Shown in pieces: positions 8,840 to 18,737 of a stretch of DNA of 64,000 nt (position 1 is its first letter; the number at the start of each line of letters is the position of its first letter). The notes below the pieces were generated by a model that was not told where the DNA came from, ran no database searches, and saw nothing but the letters and a program-made list of their open reading frames with translations. Position numbers and translations under genes: made by a program. The stretch is from positions 64,001 to 128,000 of the forward strand of contig JAFATB010000022.1 of assembly GCA_019244185.1 (NCBI GenBank). The letters run 5' to 3'. The DNA is from Acidobacteriota bacterium. GTDB lineage: Bacteria > Acidobacteriota > Thermoanaerobaculia > Gp7-AA8.

Positions 8840-10452
8840 GCGCGCTCGGCGAGCTCGCCGCATGGGCGCACGGGCTGCGTCTCGACGACGTGCCGCCGTT
8901 CGTGCGCGCGCGTGCCGTCGACCAACTGCTCTCGACGCTCGGCGCGATGTACGCCGGCGCCGCGAGCGAGCTCGGTCCGAAGCTCGACCTCTTGTTCGCG
9001 GACGTTGCGCCGGAGACGACGCGCGAGGCCATGCGCATGGCCTCGTGGTCGATGGTGCTCGACTACGACGACGTCATGCTCGGCGGTCACACGAGCCATT
9101 CAGCGGTCGTCGTGCCGCTCGCGTTCGCGGACGGGCATTCCGGCGCGGAGCTGCTGCTCGCGCAGATCGTTGCGAACGAGATCGCCGCGCGCGTGAACAT
9201 GGTCTGCGCCGTCGGCTCGACGCGCGGGCAGATGGCGACGCACCTTCATCTCCTCGCCGCCGCCGCCGCGCGTGCGAAGCTCGAAGGTCTCGATGCCGCG
9301 ACGTTCGCGGATGCGCTGTCGTTCGCGCTCGCGTATCCCGCGCAGGCGCTCTATCCCGCGTTTCTCGGCAGCGACGCGAAGGCGCTCTGCGCCGCGCTGC
9401 CAGTCCGCGCCGGCATCGAAGCGGTCGACGCGGTGCGCGCGGGACTGCGCGCGCCGGGTGAGGTACTCGACGGCCCGCGCGGCTTCTTCGCGACGCATGC
9501 GCGCGTGCCGGTGCGCGATTTTCTCGGCGGACTCGGCACGCGCTGGCACACCGCGACGAACAGCTTCAAGATCTACCCCGTCTGCGGCTATCTCTGCTCC
9601 GCGGTCGACGCGACGCTCGACCTCGTGCGCACGTATGACGTCGACGCGGACGACGTCGCGTCCGTCGACGTGCACGCGTCGCTCTTCACGGTCGGCATGG
9701 ACGCGCATTCCGTTCCCTACATTGACGGCCCGCGCTCACCGATCGCGGCGCTCACGTTCTCGACGCCGTTCGTGATCGCGTCTGCGATCCGCGCGCGTGC
9801 ATTCACGCCGGCGCAGCTCGAACGCGCGTGGATCGAAGACGAGCGCGTGTGGCAGCTCGCCGCGCGCGTACAAACGCGCCACGATCCGCGCCTCACGCGC
9901 GACGCGCTCACCGCGGACATCCCGATCGGCGCCGCGCTACGCCGCGTGAAGAAGTGGCAGGCCGGGGGATTCGCGTGGAGCATTGCCGCGACGGCATTCG
10001 GCCGCGCGGGGCGTCTGCGCCGTCCGGTCGAAACGCTGCGTCTCATCGCGGGACTCACCGCTGCGGCAGGCGATCGCGCGCCGATGGAGTTCGAGCGCGC
10101 GACGAAGCCGATGGGCGCGCGCGTCGCGATGCGTCTGCGCGACGGCCGCACGCTCGAACGCGAGGTGTCGATCCCGCGCGGCTTCGCGGGCGGCATTGAT
10201 GACATCCGCACGCTGATGATTCACAAGTTCCTCGCCGCCGCCGCGCCGGAGCTCGGCAGCGCGCGGGCCGCCACCGCCGCCGTCGCGCTCGAACACTACG
10301 AGTCGCTCTCGCCCGACGGCGTCGCGCGCCTCGTCGACGTGCTCGCGCGCGAGACGCCGCCGTTCACCCGCGCATCAGCCGCGGCGGCAGCATCCACTCC
10401 AGCGATGCGTGGCGGCCGCTCCAGCGAAGGCCGTAGCAGCCGCCTTTCTTGA
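8836..10452 (+). CDS. MmgE/PrpD family protein (VlmK-like lyase/dehydratase candidate)
   Basis: GTGA overlap with the upstream fusion gene. Motifs LDYDDVMLGGHTS, ANEIAARV, LDGPRGF, FKIYPVCGY, FSTPFVIA. The 3' end overlaps sixA on the opposite strand. Confidence 0.8.
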   Translation: MSALGELAAWAHGLRLDDVPPFVRARAVDQLLSTLGAMYAGAASELGPKLDLLFADVAPETTREAMRMASWSMVLDYDDVMLGGHTSHSAVVVPLAFADGHSGAELLLAQIVANEIAARVNMVCAVGSTRGQMATHLHLLAAAAARAKLEGLDAATFADALSFALAYPAQALYPAFLGSDAKALCAALPVRAGIEAVDAVRAGLRAPGEVLDGPRGFFATHARVPVRDFLGGLGTRWHTATNSFKIYPVCGYLCSAVDATLDLVRTYDVDADDVASVDVHASLFTVGMDAHSVPYIDGPRSPIAALTFSTPFVIASAIRARAFTPAQLERAWIEDERVWQLAARVQTRHDPRLTRDALTADIPIGAALRRVKKWQAGGFAWSIAATAFGRAGRLRRPVETLRLIAGLTAAAGDRAPMEFERATKPMGARVAMRLRDGRTLEREVSIPRGFAGGIDDIRTLMIHKFLAAAAPELGSARAATAAVALEHYESLSPDGVARLVDVLARETPPFTRASAAAAASTPAMRGGRSSEGRSSRLS

Positions 10453-10840
10453 GATCGACGTCGCCGCTCATGCCCGTGAGCGAAAGCATGAACGCGGAGA
10501 GCGTCGGCTCGTGGCCGACAAAGTACGCGGCCGGTTCCTTGACGTCGTGCAGGAACTCACGGAACGCATCGGGATCGCTGCCCGGCACGAGCGCATCCGT
10601 GATGTAAAACGCGAGCTTGCCGCCGTATGCCTCCGCCACCCACGCCCCCGTCTCCCGCGCGCGCACCAGCGGGCTGCTGTAGATCGCCTCGGCCTCGGGG
10701 ACGAGGCGCGCGAGCGTCTTCGCGATCTCCTGCATCTTGGCGTTGCCTTCCGCCGTGAGACGGCGTTCGGCATCGGCCTTGTGGCCTTTGTCTTCGGCGA
10801 TGCCGTGGCGGAGGAGGATGAGCAGTCCGTCGCGTTTCAT
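10364..10840 (-). CDS. sixA: Phosphohistidine phosphatase SixA (histidine phosphatase family)
   Basis: C-terminal part of track ORF 10364..13069. Start MKRDGLLILLRHGIAED with ATGA overlap. Motifs RHG, RRLTAEG, SSPLVRARET, VGHEP, LKKGG. Confidence 0.85.
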   Translation of the reverse strand: MKRDGLLILLRHGIAEDKGHKADAERRLTAEGNAKMQEIAKTLARLVPEAEAIYSSPLVRARETGAWVAEAYGGKLAFYITDALVPGSDPDAFREFLHDVKEPAAYFVGHEPTLSAFMLSLTGMSGDVDLKKGGCYGLRWSGRHASLEWMLPPRLMRG

Positions 10841-13800
10841 GACGTCTTGATCGTCTCGTCGGCCGCGGTGATGAGGCCGCAGAGCGTCATGTCCTTCGCG
10901 TACGCGGCGATCTGGTCGACCGCGTACAGGCCGAGGCGGCGGTAGCTCTCGAACTGCGACTCGCTGAAGAACTGATCGCCGGTGGTCTCGTGCGGGAACG
11001 TCGGCGAATTCATGGCGTAGTTCAGCACATCGCGCGGTCCTTTCTTGTAGACCACCGGCTTGATGTAGAGCAGGCGGCCGTTCTCCGCGTCCTCGCCGTC
11101 GACCGCTTTGTAGTTGATGGTGCCGACCGCGCAGTATTTCTCCGGCGTCCGCTTCTTCTTGTCGGGCGGGATGATGCCGATGTCGTCGATGTCGATCGGC
11201 ACGCCGAGGTCGATGCGGATCTTGCGCAGCGCGTTGCCGAGATCGTCGTAGATGTACTTCGGATCGGCGCCCGCGTCGGTGACGACGATGCAGTGGCAGC
11301 GGCGCAGCACCATCTCGTAGATGCCGAGGTTCTCGAAGTGACCGCCGTCGGAGAGGTAGACGTAGCCGTACGTGTCGTCGGAGTTGCCCGTCGCCTCGCG
11401 CAGGAACGGGATGATCGACGAGCGCGGGTTCCGGCGGCGATACGTTTCGAGCGGTCCGTTGCCGGCCAGACCGGGATTGCCGAGCCACCAGCCGAGGCGG
11501 ACGTTGAAGAGCGTCATGAGGAACGCGAGCGCCGGCGACGAGTGGTAGCCCATGTTCGGGCTCGCGGCCGCGCCGGAGATCGTGACCGCGGTGCCGAGCG
11601 AGATCTCGCCGTAGTCGCGCGTGTCGCGGTAGCCGAGGTTGCGGTTGCCCGAGGCGAGCGGCGACACGGTCATCGATTCGGCCTTGCGTTCCTGCCACGC
11701 GAGGTCGGCGCCACTGGTGAGATTGAGCGTGACGTTGATGACGTGCATCGGGCGCGCGTTCGCGAGCGGCTTGAGCGTCCCCGGGAACTTCGCCTCGATG
11801 CGCAGGCGGTTGTCGAGCATGCGATGCACGCCGTCGATCGTGCTCCACGTGAACGGCCGCGCGTCGACGGTGAGGCCGCTGAACGCGGGATCGGTGGCCA
11901 GCGTTTTCGTGGCGATGATCTCGTTCACTTCGCCGAGGAGCGTGAGGCCCGCCTGCGCGAGGAACTGCGCGGCGGGGACGAGGAGATCGTCGGCGCAGAG
12001 CAGCGGCATCGGCGACGGATAGAGGGCGTCGTCGAACGCTTTCTCGATGAAGCGGCGGTTGCGCAGCGGGCGCTGCGCGCGATCGGCGGCGGGCGTTTTC
12101 GGATCGAACTCGCGCGGCAGATCGCGCGTGGCGATGAGCGCATTCAGCGATTGCGAGACAGCGCGCGCCCGCGCCTCGGTCGTCGCCGGCACGTCGGCCA
12201 GCTGCTCTTTCTTCGCCGCCCAGAGAAACGCGAGACGCGTTCCGGCCGCCGCGTTTTTCAGCGCGAGGTACGCGCCGTCGGCGTCGCGGAAGCTGTACAC
12301 CCAGATGTACTCCGGACGGAGGTCGTGCATCTCGAGGTTGTCGTCGGCGTCGAAGCCGGTGAAGGCGTTCGGACGCCGGCTCCAGCGCGAGGCGCCGAGG
12401 TACGCGCGCACGAGGCGGTTGCGATACATCGCGTGCATCGAGAAGACGTTCACGCCGATGAAGCGCGAGATCAGCAGCGCGACCGATGGCAGCCCGAGCA
12501 CGAGCAGCAGCAGCGCCCACGGATCGCTGTTCTGCACGAGGCGGAGGTGTTCGAGCGAGCGGACGCGCGGCACGTTCGCAACCGGCTTCTCGACGATCTT
12601 GGCGGGCAGCTTCGCGACGTTCGCGATGTACGTGCGCGACGCGGCGTCGGCGCGGCGCACGTCGGCCGAGATCGCGCTCGCGTCGACCGGCTTGAATTCC
12701 GGAAACGTTTTCTGCAGCGCCCACGTGGTGCCGGTGGAGATGAGCGCCAGGATCCAGAGGACGAACAGCGGCACGGCGATGGCGAGGCCGAGATTCATCG
12801 CCGTCGACGACGCGGACGCGTCCTCTTTCGACTGGCCGGCGTTCGTCTTCGAGCTGCGGCCGGCGAGGAGCGAGAAGAGGCCCGCGCCGCCGCCCGCGGC
12901 GGAGAGGAGCTTCGGCAGGTGATGGATCGCGACCGGGCCGTAGATCGCGACCGCGCAGAGCACGGCCCAGCCGATGCCGCCGATGAGCACCCAACCGCAC
13001 GCGCGCGCCCACCACTCGCGATCGAAATCGTGGTTCTGCTGGCTGGCGATGCCGACGAAGAGCGCGCATTGGAGAAACAGCACGCAGATGACGAGCGGCA
13101 CGGCGAAGCAGACGTACATCGCCGTCGCGGCGCTGAGCGTGCCAGCGTCGTTGATCGGCCAGCGCACGGCGTCGACGAGCTTCGTCGGCGCGAGCGGATC
13201 ATCGAAGAGGCGCGTGAGCCGCCAGCCGAGGAGGCCGCCGAGCGCGCCCGCGGCGAGCGCCGCGGCAAGCTCGAGGGAGAGCCGGAGCAGCCTGGGCCGC
13301 TTGGGGGTGATCGAATCGCGGCGCGCGGCGACGGCCACACTGAAGTAGCGCGCGAAGAAGACGCCCCACGCGACGAGACAGAGCGCGACGCTGGCGACGA
13401 AGAACCAGCGCGGGCCGAGCTGCCTGCCGGGATTGGCGGCGAGATACCACGCCCACGCGAGCATCAGCGCGAACGTGCCGGCGAGGAACGGCGCGAGGCA
13501 GCGCAGGATGAAGCTGCCGTCCGTCAGCGCGCTCTTCTTCTCCGACGCCGTATCGGCGATCGGCCGTTTCCCCACCTGATACAGCAGCGCCTCGGCGAGC
13601 AGCAGCATGCCCAGGATCGTGACGAACTTCGTGCTCGACACGCCGCCGACGTCCACCGCCGGATGCCTCACCGCGGCGACGACGAGGCGCGGGATCGCGA
13701 GCACGCCGGCGAGCAGCGGGATCAGCACGATCCAGTTCAGCAGCAGGTTGCGCAGATACGTGGCGACGAGCGCCCACGTGTCGGCGGAGAGGATGCCGAG

Positions 13801-14595
13801 CTTCGGCGTGAGGTAGTTGCTGTACGCGCGCAGGTGGCGCAGCGGCAGCGGCTCGGGTTGGAGGCGATCGGCCGGCGCGGCCGTGAGCATCGCCGAGATG
13901 CCGCGGATGCCCCACGGATCGCGGCGCATCCACGACGAGAGCCAGCTGCCGATGTAGCCGCCGCCGGAGACGGTGGAGACGAAGTCGAACTGTTCGAGAA
14001 GGCCGCGTTTCGCGAGCCCCTGCATCACGCCGAGCGCGAACGTTGCGCTGCGGATGCCGCCGCCGGAGATCGACAGCGCGGTGCGCAGTTTCTTCTCCTC
14101 CCGCGCGCGTTTGTGGATGCGCGCGACGACGGTGGCGTAATGCGCGTCGGCGGCCGAGCGCGTGGCGCCGTCGAACAGCAGATCGAACATCTGCCGGTTG
14201 ACGTTGTAAACCTCGTGCGCGTCGTAGTCGCCCGCGTCGCCGGTGCCGTCGTACGGCGCCTTCTTCGCCGAGGCGAAGGCGGGGTGTTCGAAGAGCCAGC
14301 GGCGCGTCTTGCCGTCCTCCGGCGCGAGCGTGTCGAGGATCGCGTTCACCTCCTCGGCGACCGACTTGCGGTCCTTCGGATCGTAGCCTTTGAGGTTGCG
14401 CCAGTTCGCGAAGACGGGCGGGACGTCCTGCTTCGCGTCGAGGAAGCGTTCGGAGAGCCGGCGTGCGAGGTCGCGCGCGTCGGCGACGTCGTCCATCGTC
14501 AGCGTCCAGCGCGACGGCAGCGGATCGGCGGGACCGTAGAGGCGCACGTACTCCTCGTGCAGGATGTCGCCGAGCGACATCGGAAGCGAAGCCAT
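10837..14595 (-). CDS. Large membrane-embedded patatin/cPLA2-like phospholipase
   Basis: Oxyanion motif ISGGGIRSA, nucleophile STVSGG, catalytic LSDGGHFENLG, a multi-helix hydrophobic central region, and C-terminal FPHETTGDQFFSESQFESYR. Confidence 0.8.
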   Translation of the reverse strand: MASLPMSLGDILHEEYVRLYGPADPLPSRWTLTMDDVADARDLARRLSERFLDAKQDVPPVFANWRNLKGYDPKDRKSVAEEVNAILDTLAPEDGKTRRWLFEHPAFASAKKAPYDGTGDAGDYDAHEVYNVNRQMFDLLFDGATRSAADAHYATVVARIHKRAREEKKLRTALSISGGGIRSATFALGVMQGLAKRGLLEQFDFVSTVSGGGYIGSWLSSWMRRDPWGIRGISAMLTAAPADRLQPEPLPLRHLRAYSNYLTPKLGILSADTWALVATYLRNLLLNWIVLIPLLAGVLAIPRLVVAAVRHPAVDVGGVSSTKFVTILGMLLLAEALLYQVGKRPIADTASEKKSALTDGSFILRCLAPFLAGTFALMLAWAWYLAANPGRQLGPRWFFVASVALCLVAWGVFFARYFSVAVAARRDSITPKRPRLLRLSLELAAALAAGALGGLLGWRLTRLFDDPLAPTKLVDAVRWPINDAGTLSAATAMYVCFAVPLVICVLFLQCALFVGIASQQNHDFDREWWARACGWVLIGGIGWAVLCAVAIYGPVAIHHLPKLLSAAGGGAGLFSLLAGRSSKTNAGQSKEDASASSTAMNLGLAIAVPLFVLWILALISTGTTWALQKTFPEFKPVDASAISADVRRADAASRTYIANVAKLPAKIVEKPVANVPRVRSLEHLRLVQNSDPWALLLLVLGLPSVALLISRFIGVNVFSMHAMYRNRLVRAYLGASRWSRRPNAFTGFDADDNLEMHDLRPEYIWVYSFRDADGAYLALKNAAAGTRLAFLWAAKKEQLADVPATTEARARAVSQSLNALIATRDLPREFDPKTPAADRAQRPLRNRRFIEKAFDDALYPSPMPLLCADDLLVPAAQFLAQAGLTLLGEVNEIIATKTLATDPAFSGLTVDARPFTWSTIDGVHRMLDNRLRIEAKFPGTLKPLANARPMHVINVTLNLTSGADLAWQERKAESMTVSPLASGNRNLGYRDTRDYGEISLGTAVTISGAAASPNMGYHSSPALAFLMTLFNVRLGWWLGNPGLAGNGPLETYRRRNPRSSIIPFLREATGNSDDTYGYVYLSDGGHFENLGIYEMVLRRCHCIVVTDAGADPKYIYDDLGNALRKIRIDLGVPIDIDDIGIIPPDKKKRTPEKYCAVGTINYKAVDGEDAENGRLLYIKPVVYKKGPRDVLNYAMNSPTFPHETTGDQFFSESQFESYRRLGLYAVDQIAAYAKDMTLCGLITAADETIKTS

Positions 14596-14652
14596 GAATT
14601 GTCCCCCTTGCTCGTTAGGAGTGCCGTGGCGGAGGGTTTCCCTACCGCCGGG

Positions 14653-17193
14653 TCATGAACTCACGGTAACGCTTTCCGACTCGCGCGCGAGCGCGAGCGC
14701 GCGGCGGAATGCGCCGGCGAGCGTGCCGACGTCGCGGGCGAGCAGCGACTCGTGATCGCCGTCGACGTCGTAGATGTCGAGGCGTCCCACGCCGACGCGC
14801 AGCCAGCCGAGGTCGCGCTCGACGCGGGCGGCGCCCATGCCGTGGCGCGCGCGGAACAGCGAGACCGCGCCGCCGTACGGCTGCAGCGTGAAGCCGCGCC
14901 GCGACGACATGTACGTGTTGTTCGCCTGCTGGAGCATGCGCGGGAGGCGGCGGCGCAGCGCTTTCGTCGGCCGCGTCACGGCCTCGCGCGCGTAGTAGAC
15001 GCCGCGTCGCGGATCGCGGCGCAGCATCACGAAGCGGTTGGCGATGCGCTTCCAGACGGACGTGCGCATGTCGCTCGCGCTCGAGTCGATGAGGCCGATG
15101 AATGCGACGCGCTCGCCGGCGCGCTCCATCTGCCGCGCGACCTCGTAGGCGAGCTGGCCGCCGACGGAGTAGCCGGCGAGAAAGTACGGGCCGTGCGGCT
15201 GGATGGCGCGGATCGCGTCGCCGTAGACGGCGGCGATCGCGGCGTAGGTCACGGGGAACACGCCGCGCGCGAAGCCGTGATGCTGCAGTCCCCAGAACGG
15301 CTGCTCGCTGCCGATCTGCGCGGCGAGATCGCGAAAGACCATGACGCTGCCGCCGCCGCCGGAGACGCAGAAGAGCGGCGGCACGGAGTCGCTGCCACGC
15401 TGCACGAGCACGGCCACTCGGTCGGTGACGGTGGTGCCGCGCAGATAGTCGGCCATTTTGCGGATGGTGTTGAGCTCGAGGAGCAGCGAGAGCGCGATCG
15501 CATGTCCCGTGGCGCGCGCGACCTCGGCGACGAGGTGGGCGGCCACGACGCTCTCGCCGCCGTGATCGTTGAAGAAGTCGTCGTCGACGTGCACGGTCGT
15601 GCCGAGGACGCGCGACCACACTTCGACGAGCTGCCGTTCGATGTCGTTCGTCGCGCCGTGATCCTCGCCGGTCTCGCGGTCGTCGCGCGCGGCGAGCGCG
15701 GCGCGGTCGACTTTCGCGTTGCGCGTCATCGGAATCGCATCGAGCGCGTAGATGCGCTGCGGCACCATCCACGACGGCGCGGTCTCGCGCAGCTTGGCGC
15801 GGATCGCGCGCGCGTCGCAACGCTTGCCGTCGCGCATGACCACGTACGCGACGAGCCGCTGCTCGCCTTCCTCGTCCGTCTTGCCGACGATCACCGCGTC
15901 GCGGACTTCGCCCGTGGCGATGAGCAGCGCCTCGACCTCGGTCGGATCGATGCGGCGGCCGTGGATCTTGAGGCGCGCATCCTTGCGGCCGACGAAGTAG
16001 TGGAGGCCGCTCGCGTCGCGCTTGGCGAGATCGCCGGTGTAGAACGTGCGGCGCTCCGGATCGTCGGGATGGAAGACGAAGCGCTGCGCGGTGAGCTCGG
16101 GATTCTTCCAGTAGCCGTCCGCGACTTCCTCGCTGCGGACGACGATCTCGCCCGGCTCGCCGTCTGGGACGTCGTTGCCGTCTTCGTCGATGAGGCGCAC
16201 GGCGACGTCGGGATATGGATAGCCCATCGGCACGAGCGGACCGGGGATGGGCGTGTCGTGATCGATGCTCCAGCTGAAGACGCGCCCCGACTCCGTCGAC
16301 GCGAAGCCGAGCGCCAGCACGCAGCCGCGCGGGAAGTACTTTTTGTAGGACTCGACGTCGGCGACCGTGATCTTGTCGGCGCCGACGCGCAGCTTCTTCA
16401 CGCTGGAGACGTCGAGGCTCGGCCCCGACGCCGCGATGAGGCGGCGGAAGAGCGACGGCGTGAGGCTGAGCAGCGTGATGCGCTCGCGGCGGATGTAGTC
16501 GGCGAGCGCGGTGAGGCTCTCGCTGCGCACGTCGAACGCGCACATGGTCGAGCCGGTGAGGAGCGAGCCGAAGATGTTGCTGGCCGCGCGCGTGTAGCCG
16601 GGGAGCGCGGTGTAGCTCGCGCGCTCGCCGGGCGCGCGTCCCCAGCGCCGCGACTGCAGCGTCGTTTTTTCGACGAATCTCCGGTGAGACGTCAGGATGC
16701 CTTTCGGCTTCCCCGTCGTTCCGGAGGTGTAGATGACGTAGACGAACGGATGCGGCGCGCGCGCAGGAGGTTTGGCGGTGAGCTCGCGTGAGAAGGGACG
16801 AAGCGTGGCGAAGGGCAGCGCGCGCGCGGACGCCGGCGCGATGAACTCGTCGTCGACCAGACAGGCGCCCGCGTCGGATTCGCGGAGGAGCAGCGCCACG
16901 CGCTCGTCGGGATCGGACGCGTCGATCATCACGAAGAAGTGTCCCGCCTTCACCACCGCCATCGCCGCGGGGACGAGGCTGATGCTGTCGCTCGTGACGA
17001 TGGCCACGGGTCGATCGACCGGCGCGTTCAGCGCGGCGAGATCGGCGGCGATGGCATCGGACCAGCGGTCGATCTCCACGTACGTGTAGACGCGGTTGCC
17101 GGCGGTGAGCGCGGGCGCGTCGGGCGCGGCGTCGACGACCTCGCGGAAGCGCTGCGTGATGGTGACTTCACTGGGCATCGTGTTCACGGACAT
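14653..17193 (-). CDS. Stand-alone NRPS-like enzyme, A-T-TE
   Basis: A domain YVIYTSGTTGKPKG, FYTGDLA, GRKDARLKIHGRRI, NAKVDR. T domain DDFFNDHGGES. TE domain LAGYSVGG and GDHES. Start at ATG 17193 or GTG 17202. Confidence 0.82.
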   Translation of the reverse strand: MSVNTMPSEVTITQRFREVVDAAPDAPALTAGNRVYTYVEIDRWSDAIAADLAALNAPVDRPVAIVTSDSISLVPAAMAVVKAGHFFVMIDASDPDERVALLLRESDAGACLVDDEFIAPASARALPFATLRPFSRELTAKPPARAPHPFVYVIYTSGTTGKPKGILTSHRRFVEKTTLQSRRWGRAPGERASYTALPGYTRAASNIFGSLLTGSTMCAFDVRSESLTALADYIRRERITLLSLTPSLFRRLIAASGPSLDVSSVKKLRVGADKITVADVESYKKYFPRGCVLALGFASTESGRVFSWSIDHDTPIPGPLVPMGYPYPDVAVRLIDEDGNDVPDGEPGEIVVRSEEVADGYWKNPELTAQRFVFHPDDPERRTFYTGDLAKRDASGLHYFVGRKDARLKIHGRRIDPTEVEALLIATGEVRDAVIVGKTDEEGEQRLVAYVVMRDGKRCDARAIRAKLRETAPSWMVPQRIYALDAIPMTRNAKVDRAALAARDDRETGEDHGATNDIERQLVEVWSRVLGTTVHVDDDFFNDHGGESVVAAHLVAEVARATGHAIALSLLLELNTIRKMADYLRGTTVTDRVAVLVQRGSDSVPPLFCVSGGGGSVMVFRDLAAQIGSEQPFWGLQHHGFARGVFPVTYAAIAAVYGDAIRAIQPHGPYFLAGYSVGGQLAYEVARQMERAGERVAFIGLIDSSASDMRTSVWKRIANRFVMLRRDPRRGVYYAREAVTRPTKALRRRLPRMLQQANNTYMSSRRGFTLQPYGGAVSLFRARHGMGAARVERDLGWLRVGVGRLDIYDVDGDHESLLARDVGTLAGAFRRALALARESESVTVSS

Positions 17194-17198
17194 CGCGT

Positions 17199-17957
17199 TC
17201 ACTCTCTCATCTGCCACGGCGCGACGCGCTGTAGCAGCCATTGAATGGTGGCGTTGATGGTGATCCCGATCAGCGAGCAGACGATCACGCCGACGTACAG
17301 ATTCTCGATCCGCATCGTCTGCCACGCCAGCCAGATGATCGACCCGATCCCGCGCGTTGTCACGGTGAATTCGATGGCGATGGTCACCAGCAAGCCGATA
17401 TTCGCGGCGATGCGCACGCCGCTCAGGATCATCGGCAGGCTGCCCGGCAGCAGCACGTGGCGGAACAGCGCCATGCGACTGCCGCCGTAGCTGCGCACCA
17501 CTTCGAAGTAGAGCGGCGAGATGTCGCGCGCGCCCGCGGCGGCGTTGATCAGCGTCGGGAAGAAGACCGTCAGCGCGATCGCGGCGAGCGTCGACCATTC
17601 CGAAACGCCGAAGATCACGATGAAAAGCGGGAAGAGAACGATCTTCGGAATCGGATGCAGCGCGGCCAGGAACGGATCGGCGATGCGGCGCATGCGCGGC
17701 GACCAGCCGACGATGAGGCCGAAGACGATGCCGGGGATGCCTCCGAGCATCGCGCCGCCGAGAAAGCGCATCAGCGTGAGCGAGACATTCTCGAGCAGAT
17801 CCTCGCGCCACAGGCGCGGGAACCCGGCCAGGATGCGCGTCGGCGGCGGGAAGATGGTCGACGAGATCCACTCGTTGCGCGCGGCCAGCTCCCACGCCGC
17901 GAACAGCACGACGGCGATGGCGGCGGCGATGGCGCGGTCTTTCGCGGTCGGCTTCAT
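17199..17957 (-). CDS. ABC transporter permease (SsuC/TauC/NitT type)
   Basis: Start MKPTAKD with ATGA overlap. FPPP, HPIPKIVLFPLF, EAA-like loop 'EVVRSYGGS', LPGSLPMILSG. Confidence 0.88.
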   Translation of the reverse strand: MKPTAKDRAIAAAIAVVLFAAWELAARNEWISSTIFPPPTRILAGFPRLWREDLLENVSLTLMRFLGGAMLGGIPGIVFGLIVGWSPRMRRIADPFLAALHPIPKIVLFPLFIVIFGVSEWSTLAAIALTVFFPTLINAAAGARDISPLYFEVVRSYGGSRMALFRHVLLPGSLPMILSGVRIAANIGLLVTIAIEFTVTTRGIGSIIWLAWQTMRIENLYVGVIVCSLIGITINATIQWLLQRVAPWQMRE

Positions 17958-18727
17958 TGCGGCACCCACAGGCTCTGCCGCACTTCCTCTTCGAGGATGT
18001 CCCAGATGCGGCGGCGGATGTCCGCGGCGTCGCGCGTGTCGAGCACGCCGAGGTCGCGCGGCCGCGCGAACGGCACGCGGATCTCTTCGCGGATGCGGCC
18101 GGGGCGTCCGCTCATCACGAGAATGCGATCGCTGAGCAGGATCGCTTCCTCGATGTCGTGCGTCACGTGCACGACCAGCTTCCGGTGCTCCTGCCAGATG
18201 CGCAGCAGCTCCTGCTGCAGCACGAGCTTCGTCTGCGCGTCGAGCGATCCGAACGGCTCGTCGAGCAGGAGGATCTGCGGATCGGCGACGAACGCGCGGG
18301 CGATCCCGACGCGCTGGCGCATGCCGATCGACAGCTCGTGCGGATGGTGCCGCAGGAAGCGCTCCAGCCCGACCTGCACGATGAAGTGCCGCGCGCGCTC
18401 GCGCGCCTCGGCGCGACCGACGTCCTGAAAGCGCAGGCCGAGGGCGACGTTCTCGTGCACGTCGTACCACGGAAGAAGACCGTGGTCCTGAAAGACGAGC
18501 GACGTGCGCAGCCGCGCGCCGGCCGGATCGTCGAACGCGACGCGCCCCGCGCTCGGCGCGATGAGTCCCGCGATGATCTTGAGGAGCGTGGTCTTGCCGC
18601 AGCCGCTCGGGCCGACGATGGTGAGGAACTCCGCGCCGCGCGCGGCGAAGCTCACGCCGGCCAGCGCGGGAGTTGCGCGGCGGTCGTGGCCGTAGGCTTT
18701 CGCAACCTCATGGAGCGCGAAGCTCAT
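17954..18727 (-). CDS. ABC transporter ATP-binding protein (SsuB/TauB type)
   Basis: Walker A GPSGCGKTT, signature LSIGMRQR, Walker B LLLDEPF, VTHDIEEA. Confidence 0.92.
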   Translation of the reverse strand: MSFALHEVAKAYGHDRRATPALAGVSFAARGAEFLTIVGPSGCGKTTLLKIIAGLIAPSAGRVAFDDPAGARLRTSLVFQDHGLLPWYDVHENVALGLRFQDVGRAEARERARHFIVQVGLERFLRHHPHELSIGMRQRVGIARAFVADPQILLLDEPFGSLDAQTKLVLQQELLRIWQEHRKLVVHVTHDIEEAILLSDRILVMSGRPGRIREEIRVPFARPRDLGVLDTRDAADIRRRIWDILEEEVRQSLWVPQ

Positions 18728-18737
18728 GCAGCCGGCG

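Noticed and set aside
10837-14595. CBASS-type patatin effector
   Set aside because: No cyclase (CD-NTase) in the window, and the architecture is the large membrane cPLA2-like type.
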